Positions 1 through 13,380 of a stretch of 64,000 bases of DNA are shown here, piece by piece. The stretch comes from Marsupella aquatica. Taxonomy: Eukaryota > Plantae > Marchantiophyta. How positions within the stretch are numbered: position 1 is the first letter of the stretch; every line of letters begins with the position of its first letter. The notes beneath the pieces are model-generated. The model was given only the letters and a program-made list of their open reading frames with translations, did no database searches and was not told the DNA's origin. The DNA is taken from contig OZ316894.1 in the NCBI GenBank assembly GCA_973895155.1, forward strand, positions 7,650,234-7,714,233, read 5' to 3'. Made by a program: the position numbers and the translations under genes.

Positions 1-124
1 TTTCGTCTACGCTGCCAGGAACGCACCAAAACGAACGACGTGCACTAACTGAACGAATTCTCATCAGCTGCTGCATGCAGGAGCTAGGTTTTTCTATTGA
101 AATTTATATGTCAAATGCGCGCAG

Positions 125-3100
125 GTAATTTTCGAGATACAAATTGCCACTGGGCCGGACCGAAAAGTGGTGATGGCAAAGCAGGCGGTGGAACTCCAAG
201 GTTCATGGGTTATTCTCGACAAGTACGTCCCCTAGCCTGGGCCTGTGTTTGGTCGAACGTTACCTCTCTTATCATAGTCAAATGCACATATAGCCTGGCT
301 AAAATGAAATTATTGAACAGATGAGAGAATAGGCCCATTAAGTACCTGGGATGGATCACAATTCAAGTTGCTCTGATCATGCTTTTGGCCAACACAAATT
401 ATCACTTTGGAGGGACCAGCTAGATCCATACTGCGTTGTGGTGTCACCTAATTCTCAAACATCAGTATGAGCCTGGAACGCTCTTCATCGGACTGTTTAA
501 CCGTATCAATTTTAATCAACGAGAAACAATTATTCTGAAAACTTTCGAAGTAATTGGTGTTGGTTCACAGTTGGTCCTCATTTTCTTGTTGCCACAAACG
601 AACGGTCCCCTATGCAAATCTTGCTGAATTAAAGAACAGCTCAAAATAATGTGTGGCATTGTATATTCAGAAATCCTCCAGTGAGCGCTAATCTTGTCTG
701 TGAAAATTAGGTGTTCCTGGAACTAAATCTGTGCATAGTGATTTGGGGTCGTAGTAAGGAAACTCTCTTTTGGTCGCTGGGATGTAAGATGGGCGGTGGG
801 GGGTCAGAATCTTATTCGCTTACACTTCTGCGCTCAGTGCACATATATCTCCTCCGCTTATTTAAACGCGTGCTGACCAACTTGTGCTCGATCAATCAGT
901 AACCTCGAACAGTTTTAATGAACAGATTGCTAATTATGAAGTTTCGATTTTTGCTGCTGGGTCTGGTGCTTCACAGGGATCTGAGAAGGGACAAGGCATA
1001 TCTCATGAAGCAACTGAACTGCAACGTTGTACTGATGAAGTCGAGAAGTGAAGCTACAATCATTAAGCTTGAGCTTCCTGAACAAGGTAATTCATCGAGT
1101 AATTACCACGTAGAATCGCTCCAGGGAAAATTTGTGACGCCGCTACGAATAGTTGATTCAATTCTCAGAAGACCACGTGAAACATCCGTTTTCGATGAAG
1201 CGCGATGCGCGATGTAAGAGCTCAACTGTACTATGATTGTACAAAGCTCAGATCCGGAGAATCTGATGCAACATGATCTCTAAGATCTGGATTGAACACA
1301 AAGTAGTATGACGGGATTCATTAGCGAGGCAACGCTTGTTGTGAACAACTGTGAACTTGCTTCTGTGCAGAAAATCCCAATGTGCTCGAGTGGAAGAAAA
1401 GATGGAGGACTGCTGTTGGAACAGCTCGAGCGTTGCGAGATTTACACGAAGAGTATGGTGTCGGTTGCACTGTACATCGCGATGCGGACAATACTGCGGT
1501 CTCGTGTGAAGTTCTCCCACTGGTACGCACTACTGTTGTTTTCTTCCATAGTCTTTGTCCATCCAGCTTCGTTTCTACGTTGCCGGACTTCAAATTGCTT
1601 GTCGAGGGTGGCTGTGTGACGGGAAAACCAAACAAGGACTTCAATCGGGAATCGTCCACTCTTGTCAATGGCCATGTTTGTTGTTTCCGGGGTTGTTTGT
1701 TTTGGTTTTAAAGTTGGTGCGGGCCCAATAAATCTCATTTACAAGGAGACCTCTTGAAGTGAATCTTCCATCGTTGAATAGTTCTCCTCCAATTCTCTCA
1801 ATGCCTCTTACAAGGGGTTTGTCACTAGTTTTCTCACCAATATCCTTTATTGGGTTTCCTTCCCTTGGGATTCTGTCTCATTTAGAACTTTTGGTTCTTT
1901 GACAATTTGGTACATATCTTAGGACGCCACCGTGTTGAATATTTCTTCTCAAACCTCTGATAATGAATCTTAAATATAGTAATTAGTTTCGTGGACCCCT
2001 TGGCTAATAAAATCAGGGGGAAGAGTTGATCTGAGCCGTCTCCATTTTTTATCTCCGGAAATCTTGTCCGTCCAGCATAATGGCCAATCTATGGCTCAAA
2101 AGAAAGATCTCAAATAGATCTATGGATGGGTTCTGTCAGTTTTGAAAATGGGTTAATATTTTTCAAATGAAAAATTAAACAAATCCAAGCCTTCCTAGTC
2201 GTCGATTTTGTTGATTTTACGATCTTTGCCGTCCATTTTGTAATGCCTCTAGAAATCTTATTCATCCATGTTAGAAGGCGATCTAGGGTGCAAAAGAAAA
2301 ATCTCAATGAGATCTATGATTGGGTATTTTTTGTTTTGAGAATGAGTAAATAGTTTTGAGTATAAAATTCGATGAACTTTCAAGATTCCAGCCATTCCTC
2401 CTCCTTGATCCTAGGTTTCTATGTGCTCTTCCCAACATTAATGGCCGTACACTACGAGAGGTCCTTACATACCGGGAGTTGCGGTTTAACAAGGAAGTTA
2501 TCAAGTTAGTTATTAGTCATTATTTATTATATGAAAAATACTTTTTATAAATCTTTGTATTTAAGTTTTAAAATTGGAAATGTAACTAAAACGGTTACAT
2601 AGTGACAGTTTTAACCGTCTTGCTCTTTGCATTTCCAATGTTTTTACTTTTCTTTTTATGGCACGGTGTCCCAAAATTTACACCCAAATTGACACAAACA
2701 CGAATGAAAACTATAAGTTTGATTCAGAAAACTGACGAGTCTTGTTTGTTGCGGTTGTTGTTGACGTGGCACGCTGTGGTGCCAAGAATTTTGGAAGGGA
2801 CCTCTAGTGGGGTCCGTAAATAACCTGACTACCTATTACTTTGCTACACATGACTTTGATACACATCTTACGCGACCGGGTTGAATATTTCTTGTTAAAC
2901 CTCTCAATGTGAATCTTACAGAGAGAAAATAACCAGACTACCTGTTACTTAAATAGAGGTGAAGAAAAAAACTGCTTAGTACTATTCCCGAGCTATTCCC
3001 CTTTATCTTTGCCCTCATCCATGTTTCTGCGTCCACCCTCACCTCCATGCCTCCATCTGTGTTTTCTGCCCCTACCCTCAGTTTTCAAGTATGATCCCAA

Positions 3101-6100
3101 AGTAGAGTCACCTTCTAGAGACCTCACTCTAGACACTAGACTCTAGAGACTTCACTCTCTAAAGTAGGCTTAGGGAGTAGCTTTTAATTGTAATTATATA
3201 TTTAATTATTGATTGATTTATGCCTGATATCTGGGTTCTGTAGACACTCCTAGAGCTTCAACGAGGCTTTTTTGTTTGTTGCTTGCTAGGGCTTTTATCC
3301 TTTTTACATTATTGGGGACTCTTGGGCTTCTTGGGTCGTTGATTTTCTTGCTTTCTCCCCTTTCTTGAGTCTCTTGGTTTTGGGATCCTCTGCTGAAAGG
3401 CTTTTTGTTCATTGACAATGACTCATATATTGGTTCATTGACAATGTGATATGCATAATTCTTTACTTAGAACCATTTACACCAGACGTCCTGATGCTTG
3501 TGCTGTTGCACAGAATAAGAATAGACTGTATCAGGAAATGCCCCCATTTACAGTAGTTAATTAAGGCTAACCTCGCCTAACTAGAGTTAACTCAAGTACA
3601 TGTACGTTGCAGTAGTTGGGACATATTACGTGTATGGTTTCATAGGACTCCCCTTGACAAATTTATGGCAAATACTATGCCCGATACTATGCAAAATTTC
3701 TGGAGCGTTTTGCGTTTTTTTATACTCATTTAATTATATATGATGAATCTGTGAATAGAAAACCCACAGTATTCTCCCAACCTTATTCAAAACACTATCA
3801 ATCCATGATTAGTGTTACTATAAAATTAGTGTTGCTGACACTAATTTTGGCTTAACTTGATTCCAGAGTAACACTTATTTTTGAATATGTCAAAATAATT
3901 GTTTCAAACGTTTGCGTAAAAGTACTAGTAATAATTGGATATCATGAGTCCAAAGTGACAATAACTCTTGTTTATTTTTTAAATGAATTTTCTCCACTGA
4001 GTTTTCCCCTGTTGAGCCCAGAGTGTATATACTCACCTGAAATAATGTGAATGTGAGTAACACTAACAGCTGTAGTCGAGGCTGTAGTACCTTCGACTGG
4101 TCATTTTGCTCTGAGCTAGCGTGGACGGAAATGAGTTGTAGTAGTTAGGAGTTTACTGTAATGGAACCTGCAATTCATGCGGTAGGTCGGATTGGATTGG
4201 ATGCAGGTGGGAGCATTTGCACAGGCTACGTCAAGCCAGTCAAGCCAGTCAAGCCAGCCAAGCAGCGACGAATCTAGAGAAACACGGTGTATCGGCATGC
4301 GTGGGTGAGCATCCAATGTTCCTAGCCTGGAATTTTGTTTCCTGGAAACAATGTCCAGAATGAGATCACTTTGACAGGAGCTTTGGGGTTTGTTGGCCTC
4401 TTGTACCAATTTGGACCTTTCCCGCGCCCTCCTGTATTCACAAATAGCTTTTCCCAACTCGATGATTGTACGAAGTGATGTGCAGCCTTCATTTGTGCTG
4501 AGCACTGATCTGTTGGCTGCTTATAGTCTTGAATGGTCGAGTAGTACTGTAACTCAAAGGTTTTCTAGTTCAACTGGGACTGTGCTCGAGTTCCAGCTTA
4601 AACGAAACAGCTTGTGACCCTCCGTTTGCAAAAACGAGAAGACATAAATGATTCTATGTATCAAATACTTGCATGTATCGGAGTGTCACTTCGTTAACAA
4701 GGTTTTCCGATATGCAGCTATTTGGCTCCAGAATATGCAGAGTATGGCAGGATTACGGACAAAGCAGATGTCTACTCGTTCGGTGTCCTCCTACTGCAGC
4801 TGGTCAGTGGGAGGAAAGCTATTGACGTCGCGAGAGCCGATGGAGAGAAAAGTGTCATCGAATGGGTAAGCTTTCATACACTGATCCATAAGATCGCATA
4901 TGAGAATATACTAACCTTCAATACATTAGCTAACAGCCGCACTGACTGCTCCTCTCAGAATGAGAATGGGCAGGCGAGTACCATTTGTTCAGGGAGCAAG
5001 CTATGGAAAGCTGCCTAGCTGTCCTGCTCACGTAATTATTCTTTACGTACCTTCCCCGGCGAGCTAGGATTCTGTCAATTTATAACAACTACAGTCTGTA
5101 ATGAAATCGCCCATAAATTGTCCAACTCTCTCTAGCTAGTTAGGTTAAGTGATGTTGTTGGGTTACTCACTGTGCTGTTCCTAGCCTGAAGGCATTAAGG
5201 CATCAGCATTGGATCGAGTAATCTAGTCCTCCCATCTATGACAATTGACCGATCTGTGAATCAGCCAATATGCTGCTGACTGGCTGATGAGTGGTCATAT
5301 AATCACTCTAATACGAAGAGGAACCACACATGGCCTGATAGCAAGCTGTATGTTTCAAAGTTCAGCCCTCTTCGAACTTGCGAGGAAAGTATGTGCATGC
5401 CGAGCCCATGTGATCTAGCAACTTTAATTGGCACTGACCGTGTGTTGACTGTGATATAACGAACCACAGGTACGGACGCTGATTCAAGCTGGCGAGAAGC
5501 AGCTGGACATCGTGGATCCCCATCTGAGGAGATTCTGTGATGTAGCCCAGGTTAAGAAAATGGTCGATGTAGCTGCACGTTGCATCAGCATAGACCCATC
5601 TGAACGCCCAAACATCAGCGAGGTATCTCTATAAAACGGACACCTCCTCCTGTACGCTATAAGTACAGTATATTAAACTACGGATCTACAACCTAGCTTA
5701 CTTATTCAATCCCAGGGTCAAATTCTCATCTTTCGTAGTCTTTCTTGGTTATGTTCGTTTCTGCAGAAGAACTTTGATTCGTAGAATATCTCAGTGTCAT
5801 CTTCATAAGGTTCTTTTGTTTGCATGTTTCTAAATGCTCTGAAACTCACAATTATTAACAAACACAACATAACATAACGTCGGCTATGCTCTAGGACATA
5901 CGCTCTGGTCGTTAGAGCGGCCAATACTTGCAGTTATTTACCTACTTAGTGTAGCCTCGAGAAGTAATCTAACTTTAGACAGAAACTTGTCCACGTATTT
6001 CTAAGCTCAGCGCCGAAACCAGAGCTCCTTTCCTTGACAGCACCGAGTATTTTTACTTACTTAGGAAAGTCTCGTATTACAGTCAATCCCACGTTTTCTA

Positions 6101-6716
6101 GTACTAATCCACTGTAGCCTCATCAGTTGGTGCTGAGTGCCTTTCTATTATTTACTTTATGGAAATCAGAACAGTGTCTTGACTCACTTGAGTAATAGCG
6201 CGCGGGGTGATAGCTTGAAAATGATTAGATTTCGACGTTTCAATCACTCACTTTTCGCCAAGTGGCTGTCTACTATGGCAGGCTTAATTCCACTAATTCT
6301 GAGTCGTCTAATGTTCATTTTGTGCACTGCAGGTGTTGAGTATGCTGGAACGTGACAACAATCTCTCTATGTCAATAGGCGACATTCTTCACGACCCTTC
6401 CACTACTTCCACTAAATGTCTTCTTCAAACCAGCCTCATTACCTTCCAAACCAACTTTCTAACTTTGCAGCCCGGGGGTCTCGACAGCGTTTCCTCCAAG
6501 GACAAAGGGGTTGCTTCTAGTAATGTATCTGCTTCTAGTAATGTATCTGCTTCTAGTAATGTGACGGATTCTAGTAATGTGACCACACACCCGGGCTCTC
6601 AAAGCCATAGTCCCCGTCTCCGTGATCTACCGGTACTGAGGAGGATGATTTTGTCCATGCGGAATTCAAAGAAACCAAAGAGGAAGAGGCTTTCTTACCG
6701 CGAAATGCTCGACTAA
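125..6716 (+). CDS. USP-like domain plus degenerate receptor-like cytoplasmic kinase (likely pseudokinase), 5' partial. Exons 125-222, 977-1086, 1371-1522, 4207-4304, 4718-4865, 5470-5622, 6333-6716
   Basis: Phase-compatible GT-AG exons give ...AVELQGSWVILDKDLRRDKAYLMKQLNCNVVLMK (USP-like region of plant USP-kinases), then [72 protein letters not shown] and DVAARCISIDPSERPNISEVLSMLE (kinase subdomains VI-XI). Confidence 0.82.
6513..6582 (+). repeat. Coding 18-bp tandem repeat (ASSNVS, about 4 copies) in the kinase C-terminal tail
   Basis: gcttctagtaatgtatct repeated with variants. Confidence 0.85.
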
Positions 6717-7651
6717 CAAACGGAGTCTCCCAGATTGATCGGGTTCAATCATTCGACGATAACAAGCAAGAATGCTGTCAATCTTAACTCTTGTATGTGT
6801 TAAGAATGTCAACCGGGCGGGACCTGTAATTGCTACATTTGATGTTCCTGAATCATTGCTCTCGTTCCCTACGCTTGAAGAGTTAGTTTCCAAGATGGGC
6901 TTAAAGAGGTGGACGACTTCTTATGTTACACACGCTACCAAAACATGTCAAGTCATGGACTCAAGATCCGTCCCTCTCGTTTCCGTTGGTGACACATTAG
7001 TCGAAATTTTTGTAAGACTAGTGTGCCTAGCTCCTCGACTCCCTTCCACTTTTTTTTATCTCGGGCGTCCGAGAACGCAATCATACGACTGCAAATATGA
7101 TAGCTGGAACTACACAAGTTCCTCAAAATACGTAGGGAACATATATAAACAAATTGACCTTGGCTATCACCTGGCCACTCTCTGAGTACGTAAGCCATTG
7201 TCTTGATGTCTCGGTGTACTGTACTGGCCGGAATTTAGCTCTACATCTTTCATCACTATAAGCATTTCTACAATATTTTCAGTCATGAGTATCTTCTGAG
7301 CTGCAGTTATTCAGGGACGTGTTCTTCCGAAGGTTTGTTGTTCAGTAATTACTCTCAAACACTTTCAGTTCAATGTTTCATTAGAAAGCAGATTATTATC
7401 AGTGTCATTCACTAAACCTCCGCTGGACACTTAGAAGATGCAGAAACCCATTGAGAGCAAATTTATCATATTATTCTTTCAAACGTCTGGACTGCGGCGT
7501 ACTGCGGCGCACTTCAGTTATCAATGTCTTGAATGAACGCAGCAACTTACGACAGTCTTCTGAATATGAATTCATCACTGCAACCTTTGCAATGTCTACT
7601 CCATACTGCAGTCCAGCTCGTACTTTCCAGCTCAGTCTACCTTGTTTTGCA

Positions 7652-10158
7652 TTAGAAACATAGAGTCACGGCTTTGAGAATCTCGTCCGCGCTAGACACC
7701 TCAAAGTTTCCACCCTCCTCCACCAATGCTCTCTTTACCTTGAGATTATCCACATACAGTGCATAGCGACGGGAGCGCACCCCCATACCCTTTTCTGTCA
7801 GGTCGAACTCCATACCCAATGCCTTGGTGTAAACAGCTGAGCCGTCCGCCAAGAAATTGACAATGTCTTTGTTTGGAAAGTCCTTGTTCGTGTCAAAAGT
7901 ATTTGCCCATTCCTTCATGACAAACGGGTCATTCACTGCAAAGTTGATTTCAACATAAACACTTGTAAAACTAGGAAGCCTGACAGGTCACCGGCTTGTT
8001 GAATCTCGAGAAATGTAATGTAGCTCAATATCACTCGCAATTTGTTAAATAGGTGCCTGCTTCATACTATCCATCAAAATCAATTCTACTCTCTCAAATT
8101 GTCAAGGCAAAGATATGGTACAAATTTGCCACGAGGATTTTCAGTCTCGAAAAAGTAATTAGCGACAACCAGTGTATGCTCCAGATCGTTGATATCATAC
8201 GGAAGCAACACTGTCCACATGATGGACATCCTTTGAGTTAAGTTTCAGGGTTCAGGAGCTAGACGAGTATCTCTGCAGACCATATTAATCAAAGAGTCTT
8301 GAACCTATATGACGGAATGTGCTTAGTCAGTCAGAAAAATATTTTCTTCTTGAACTCAATCTTTGAAAGGCTTGATAAAGTACCTGATACGCATAAGATG
8401 TGAGCCACACCCTTCTCTTTAAGTTCAGGTCCCTTCTCGATAAAGCCTGGGACGTGCTTCAAACTGCAGTTGTAAATTGGGTTGTGTAAATCTATCACGT
8501 ACGTGATCTGTGTTCGTCATGATTTTTCACAGATTATGAAATCCCTTGAAATTAATTCCACAAGAATCGCTCTACTATATGTGCTGGGTGACTGTTCAAT
8601 TTATGTCGGTCGTCGTGTTTCCTAGAAATCTCTTGTAGCTCCAACAGCAATGCATTTATTGACTGGAGTGTCAGAATGCTATGATGCTGACTGATTTCAA
8701 ATGTTACAAACATAGTTGTATGATTGTCTAGGACTGGATCATCAGCACTGCTACATTGTTTTGAAATCCGAAAATTCTGGCACATCCATGCTCTACTAAT
8801 CCGGTGAGCATGGTCACCATAAGCCCATTGTCCAGGTTCATTGTCTCGAAAGTGAACCGAGCTGAAGACAAAATTTTGGCACATCCATGCTCTACTAATC
8901 CGGTGAGCATGGTCACCATAAGCCCATTGTCCAGGTTCATTGTCTCGAAAGTGAACCGAGCTGAAGACAAAATTTTGGCACATCCATGCTCTACTAATCC
9001 GGTGAGCATGGTCACCATAAGCCCATTGGCCAGGTTCATTGTCTCGAAAGTGAACCGAGCTGAAGACAAATAGCAGGGGATCTTGAAGCTCACTTGGCTC
9101 CAGCAAGTACTAACAGAAGCTATGAGTACCTCGGTTACCGAGGTAGCCATTGATTTCAAGGAATTCCTAGTAAAAAAAAAGGAAAACAATTTTTTTCAAA
9201 GGGGGAGAATAAACCAGAGCCTGGCTTGGCTAGAGATGTTCATATTAAATATCTAGATTCATCTCATTCAATGCGAGACTGGTCCATAAAGAAAGGGCAC
9301 CAGATCTTTCATTTAGCCCCCGATTGACTGCATGGCCACAATCACAGATTTGCCTTGACGATCGGATCTAATCTCTGAACCGCATAAGTGACTAGAAATC
9401 TATGTGAAAAGGAAGCTCAACCCTGTGATCTGGAGATCTTTACTGTAGAGTTTTGTGACAGGAACGAGAAATTGGCAACAACATGCCAAGGCTAGAGCTC
9501 AACCGTCGACATAGACTGGGAGGGACATTCAACAACGAATTTAACCTGAAGAGCAAAAGGGCGTGACCCAAAAACAAAATGTAGCGGGACTCCTGAACAA
9601 CTAAGCAATTCTGGACGAGAATATGCACTGCAGGAGAGACAATGGACTTTTGCAGAATATGACAATCATACTCTGTAGGATAAAAACAACAGTGTGTTAA
9701 AGAAGGCATCCCAACAGTGTCTGACCTTGCAGTTGTACCGGTAGAACCGAGTGAACTCGCACTTAATCTGTCCATCTTAGACAGACGGCCTTGCATACAA
9801 TACGAGAGATCGCAAGTAGCGCGATCGATGTTCTTTTATTACGTACAACACGAATAACGGAGAGAGATTATGACGGAGAGTTGATGCATGATCATTGTCC
9901 TTTAGACTCCGTTTGCCCTACACCTCGACGAGTGAGGCCTGGTCAGAGAGATATTTCATTGCCTCCATACGGAATCCCGTCGCACAACTGTATACACAAT
10001 TACCTGCATGTTGGAGTGAATGCCCCGGGGACTCCGAAGATGACGATCTTCTTGCACTCTCCTAGCGAATGCATAGTTACCTTCTGCAGCGTGCCCGTGT
10101 CATCTATGTAAAGCAGCGTCCCGTCCGGAATCTTATCAAGCTCGCAGATTGGAGGCAT
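7652..10158 (-). CDS. PRXII: Type II peroxiredoxin (cytosolic PrxII-like). Exons 10158-10004, 8463-8384, 7935-7652
   Basis: MPPICELDKIPDGTL...[26 protein letters not shown]...ILCVSVNDPFVMKEWA...FLADGSAVYTKALG...GVRSRRYAL; peroxidatic Cys motif PGAFTPTC; intron phases match. Confidence 0.95.
8771..9070. repeat. Three near-identical 99-bp tandem repeats in PrxII intron 1
   Basis: Unit aaaattttggcacatccatgctctactaatccggtgagc...gctgaagac starts at 8771, 8870 and 8969. Confidence 0.95.
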
Positions 10159-11052
10159 GATCTAAGACGAAAGATACTTGGATTTGAAAATGACAAGCCA
10201 GGAAAGAGTGACCTCGTTCTTCTTGTTACAATATCATTCAAAACGCGCAGTCACACGGTTTCGACGGAATGAATCAAAGAAGAGCGCTCTAAACGTAATT
10301 TCTTGTGATGTCGGGGAGTTAAAGATTGCGTCCACCGATTCCAACAGCAGCAGAATGCCCACGAACAGCACCAAGCTCTTCACTCCGGGCTTCAAAATGC
10401 GACGAGACGTAATTCCGCGTCTTCGTCACGATGTCCTTCGCATCGTCCGCCGCCACCTCGATTGCTCGCTCGTAGAAACGAAAACAACACAGCACTGAAC
10501 TTTGTACCACCGCATCAAGATACCTGCTCCAAGATTGCCAACTGGCCCGGTTAAATGTCCAACATTCGAGCTAAAATGTGGCGTGATTCAATTCTCGTCC
10601 CAAATCGTCACAAGAAAGGAAATCACAAACCCGCAAAATCTAGCTTCATTCATTTCCGTAGCCAGAGAAGTTTCTCTCGTTGTAACCCAGAAATCAGCAC
10701 AGTCTTGTAGGAGTCATCTTGAACATCGAAACTCTGATATACGGTGAAGCTCTGCTTGCTTCAAAGGAAAAGTGTGGTGCACAAGTGCTCCAAGATATCG
10801 AACAGTTCCATACGAATTGGTGAGAAAAGCTCGTGACAGTAAACAATGGAAGTGAGCCGTTTGCAACGGTGATTCCGGGTCTTGTTCGAGGGAACAAATA
10901 TCTGGTTCCATGGGTCTCAATGGAGCTTCGGTTGTTAGGCTCCTCCGAAAATCTGTTACGACCAGAAAACGTTGACGATGGCTCGATCTGGACAGTCCGT
11001 TTTGCAGATGACGGTGCAGAGTTCGTTTCCATAGAGTGTTAATTTTGACTAC

Positions 11053-11348
11053 ACTGTACACCCGTATCCCCTTACATCTCACATAAAATAGTGTGACTCA
11101 CATTATTTCAGGTGTCATTTTAATTACAAGTCACATGAAATCACACTTTTGGTCTCACTAATTGAGGGGTTTTGCCTTGAATACTGCAAACTGAGAATAG
11201 AGACACAAAAGTGAGACTCAAGTGGACTCTCAATACAAAATAAAGTGTGTGACTTAACATACTTAATTAGTGTGATTGGGGTTAGAAAAAATGTTCACAC
11301 AATTTAGTGTGAGTCACTCTAATTTTGGTGTATTTACAATGGACAGTG
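11053..11348. mobile_element. MITE-like AT-rich foldback element
   Basis: Ends cactgt...acagtg; internal inverted pairs aaaatagtgtgactcaca / tgtgagtcactctaatttt and cacttttggtctc / gagacacaaaagtg. Confidence 0.5.
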
Positions 11349-11882
11349 AAATTAAGTTGGCAATGAGGACGATGCTTCTCTTGTCTGTAGTAGACAATTG
11401 TGTATGGAGGTAGTACTATCTCCGGATAGTCTCTCATAGGATTACTGTAGACATTTGGCAAGACTCAGTCTCATCTTCCACCCTTTTATGTTCTTTTCTC
11501 CTCTGTAAAGGGGTCTCCTCTTGGGATCCTGTCTTCTTGTTTTCTCCAATTCATTGAGTCTCCTGTCTTTGGAGAGTGTCTCCAGATTTTGCAGTCTTTT
11601 GTCTTTTGGCAGTGATATATTTCTCGTGGAAATGTAGTCTCATGTGAAAAGGAGCAGATGCCATGCATATTCTTTGTGTAGATCTTGTCCATGAGATCTG
11701 TCTAGAACTAAAAATAAACTGAGATCTTCCTGGATTTAAAGATAACCATTAGATTATTTTTCAGAGTCTTTGCTAGGTGGGAAACTAGGTAATGGTAGAC
11801 AGAAAACCTACAATGAAAGTTTTCCAGAAAGGACCAATCAGAGTACTACAAACAACAAACAAAAGAGATTAAAATCATATAC

Positions 11883-12033
11883 AAAACCAAACACAATAGA
11901 AATGAGCAATCATGGGAAACGTCTAAATACCAAGAAAGAGGAACCAAAAGAGGTCCAAAATGAACAAAAACCAAACACAAAAGAAATGAGCAATCATGGG
12001 AAACTTCTAAATACCAAGAAAGAGGAACCAAAA
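11883..12033. repeat. 84-bp tandem duplication
   Basis: aaaaccaaacacaa..gaaatgagcaatcatgggaaac..ctaaataccaagaaagaggaaccaaaa present twice. Confidence 0.85.
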
Positions 12034-12867
12034 CTAACGCAAATGGACCGAGGTCTTCATCAAACCTAGTAAATGTGGTTAAAGCTAATGGTCCACATCA
12101 AGTGTCAAAACTAAATCTATAAATGGGACAAGAAGGTCCTCTAAAGGGGCCAGTCACTGAAAAGTATTGGCAAAAGTGTGTGGTCAAATGAGATAGCGGG
12201 GTCTGGTGTGACAGGGTGAATTGATCTTTGAGAATGGAGCACTGTGCTTGAATGCACCCGCATCTATTTTATATTCAAATAACAGACACTCACTCTAGTT
12301 TTTATAGATGCAGGATTTCATTACCATGGAAAACGCATTCAACATGAATGAATTGAGGAAAGTAAGTCATCTCCCTACTTGTGGAGGTCTATTATTACAA
12401 TGGGACCATGTGCACCCCCGCGTGCACCCTTCTTATAAAGATGGAGCTTTCCTTGAGGGCTCTTTCAGAGAGTATAATCCAGCCAAGCCTTCCAAAAATC
12501 TCAAGAAATGTGTGATAAGTAGGTGTTATAACATGACAAAGACTGTTGAGCTATGTGGTCTTCTTAGGTTTTCCCTTCATAACTCTAGCATTATGTGAAT
12601 ATTATGGGAGCCGATCTTCAGCTACCATAAGGAAAGCCTGCGGGCTCAATGTCACTTAACCCGCAACTCTAGGGGAAAATCTGGAAATCCAGAAATTTGG
12701 GACCCCAGAACTCTAGAAAGCCGCAACTGAAGATACATGGGCTTTGCCCCTAACATGGTGATGGCTGGTGCATTTGAGATGATGACTAATATAGAATAGA
12801 GGGAAAATAATATAGGTTATTAGACAGGTGAGACTGTAACTCCTGTCTTATGGAGCAGGTCAATGCT

Positions 12868-13380
12868 ATCTACTCTCATTTTAAAAATTCCATAATTGGT
12901 TTCTATAACTGGAATTATGAGATACGAGCCCTATGCCAGTGCTTTGCACTGTGCAAGGAGGGCAGGCCCATAGGGATTGTCCGGGGGCATTAGGGGGCAG
13001 CGGGAAGCAAATACGTGATAGGGGTGTACATTTTTCTTATCAATGGTGAGCAAAAATAGCTAATCAAATCCAACGGCTGTGGATCTTTCCCGCCCAGAAG
13101 CTTTTTTGTATGGGGACGAAGGACGAAAAAAGGCGGGATCCCTTATTATAGTTGTAGATATGACAAATCCTTAACTTTCACTAATGAAGGCTACCTCCTC
13201 TCATTTTTAAAATTCTATAATTGGGTTCATAACTAAAATTATGAAATATATCACAAATTCTTAAGTTTCACTAATGACTCCCCTAGCTTTCAAATTCTTA
13301 AGTTTCACTAATGACTCCCCTAGCTTTGAGACACCCTATTGAGTCTCTAGTCTCCTGGTAGTGCCCCGGGTTGGGGCCTC
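12868..13380. mobile_element. Cluster of Helitron-like terminal fragments
   Basis: TCTAC-starting AT-rich motifs at ~12870 (+, duplicated at ~13191) and ~13158 (-); duplicated ttaagtttcactaatgactcccctagcttt; on the minus strand a short GC hairpin (13363-13377) 12 nt before CTAG (13347-13350). Confidence 0.35.

Noticed and set aside
6772-7185. 137-aa ORF after the kinase stop
   Set aside because: No recognisable motif; lies in the probable 3' UTR between convergent genes
10319-10510. Upstream ORF as a transit-peptide exon for PrxII
   Set aside because: Ends in a stop with no convincing in-frame donor; the acceptor just before ATG 10158 fits a 5' UTR intron better
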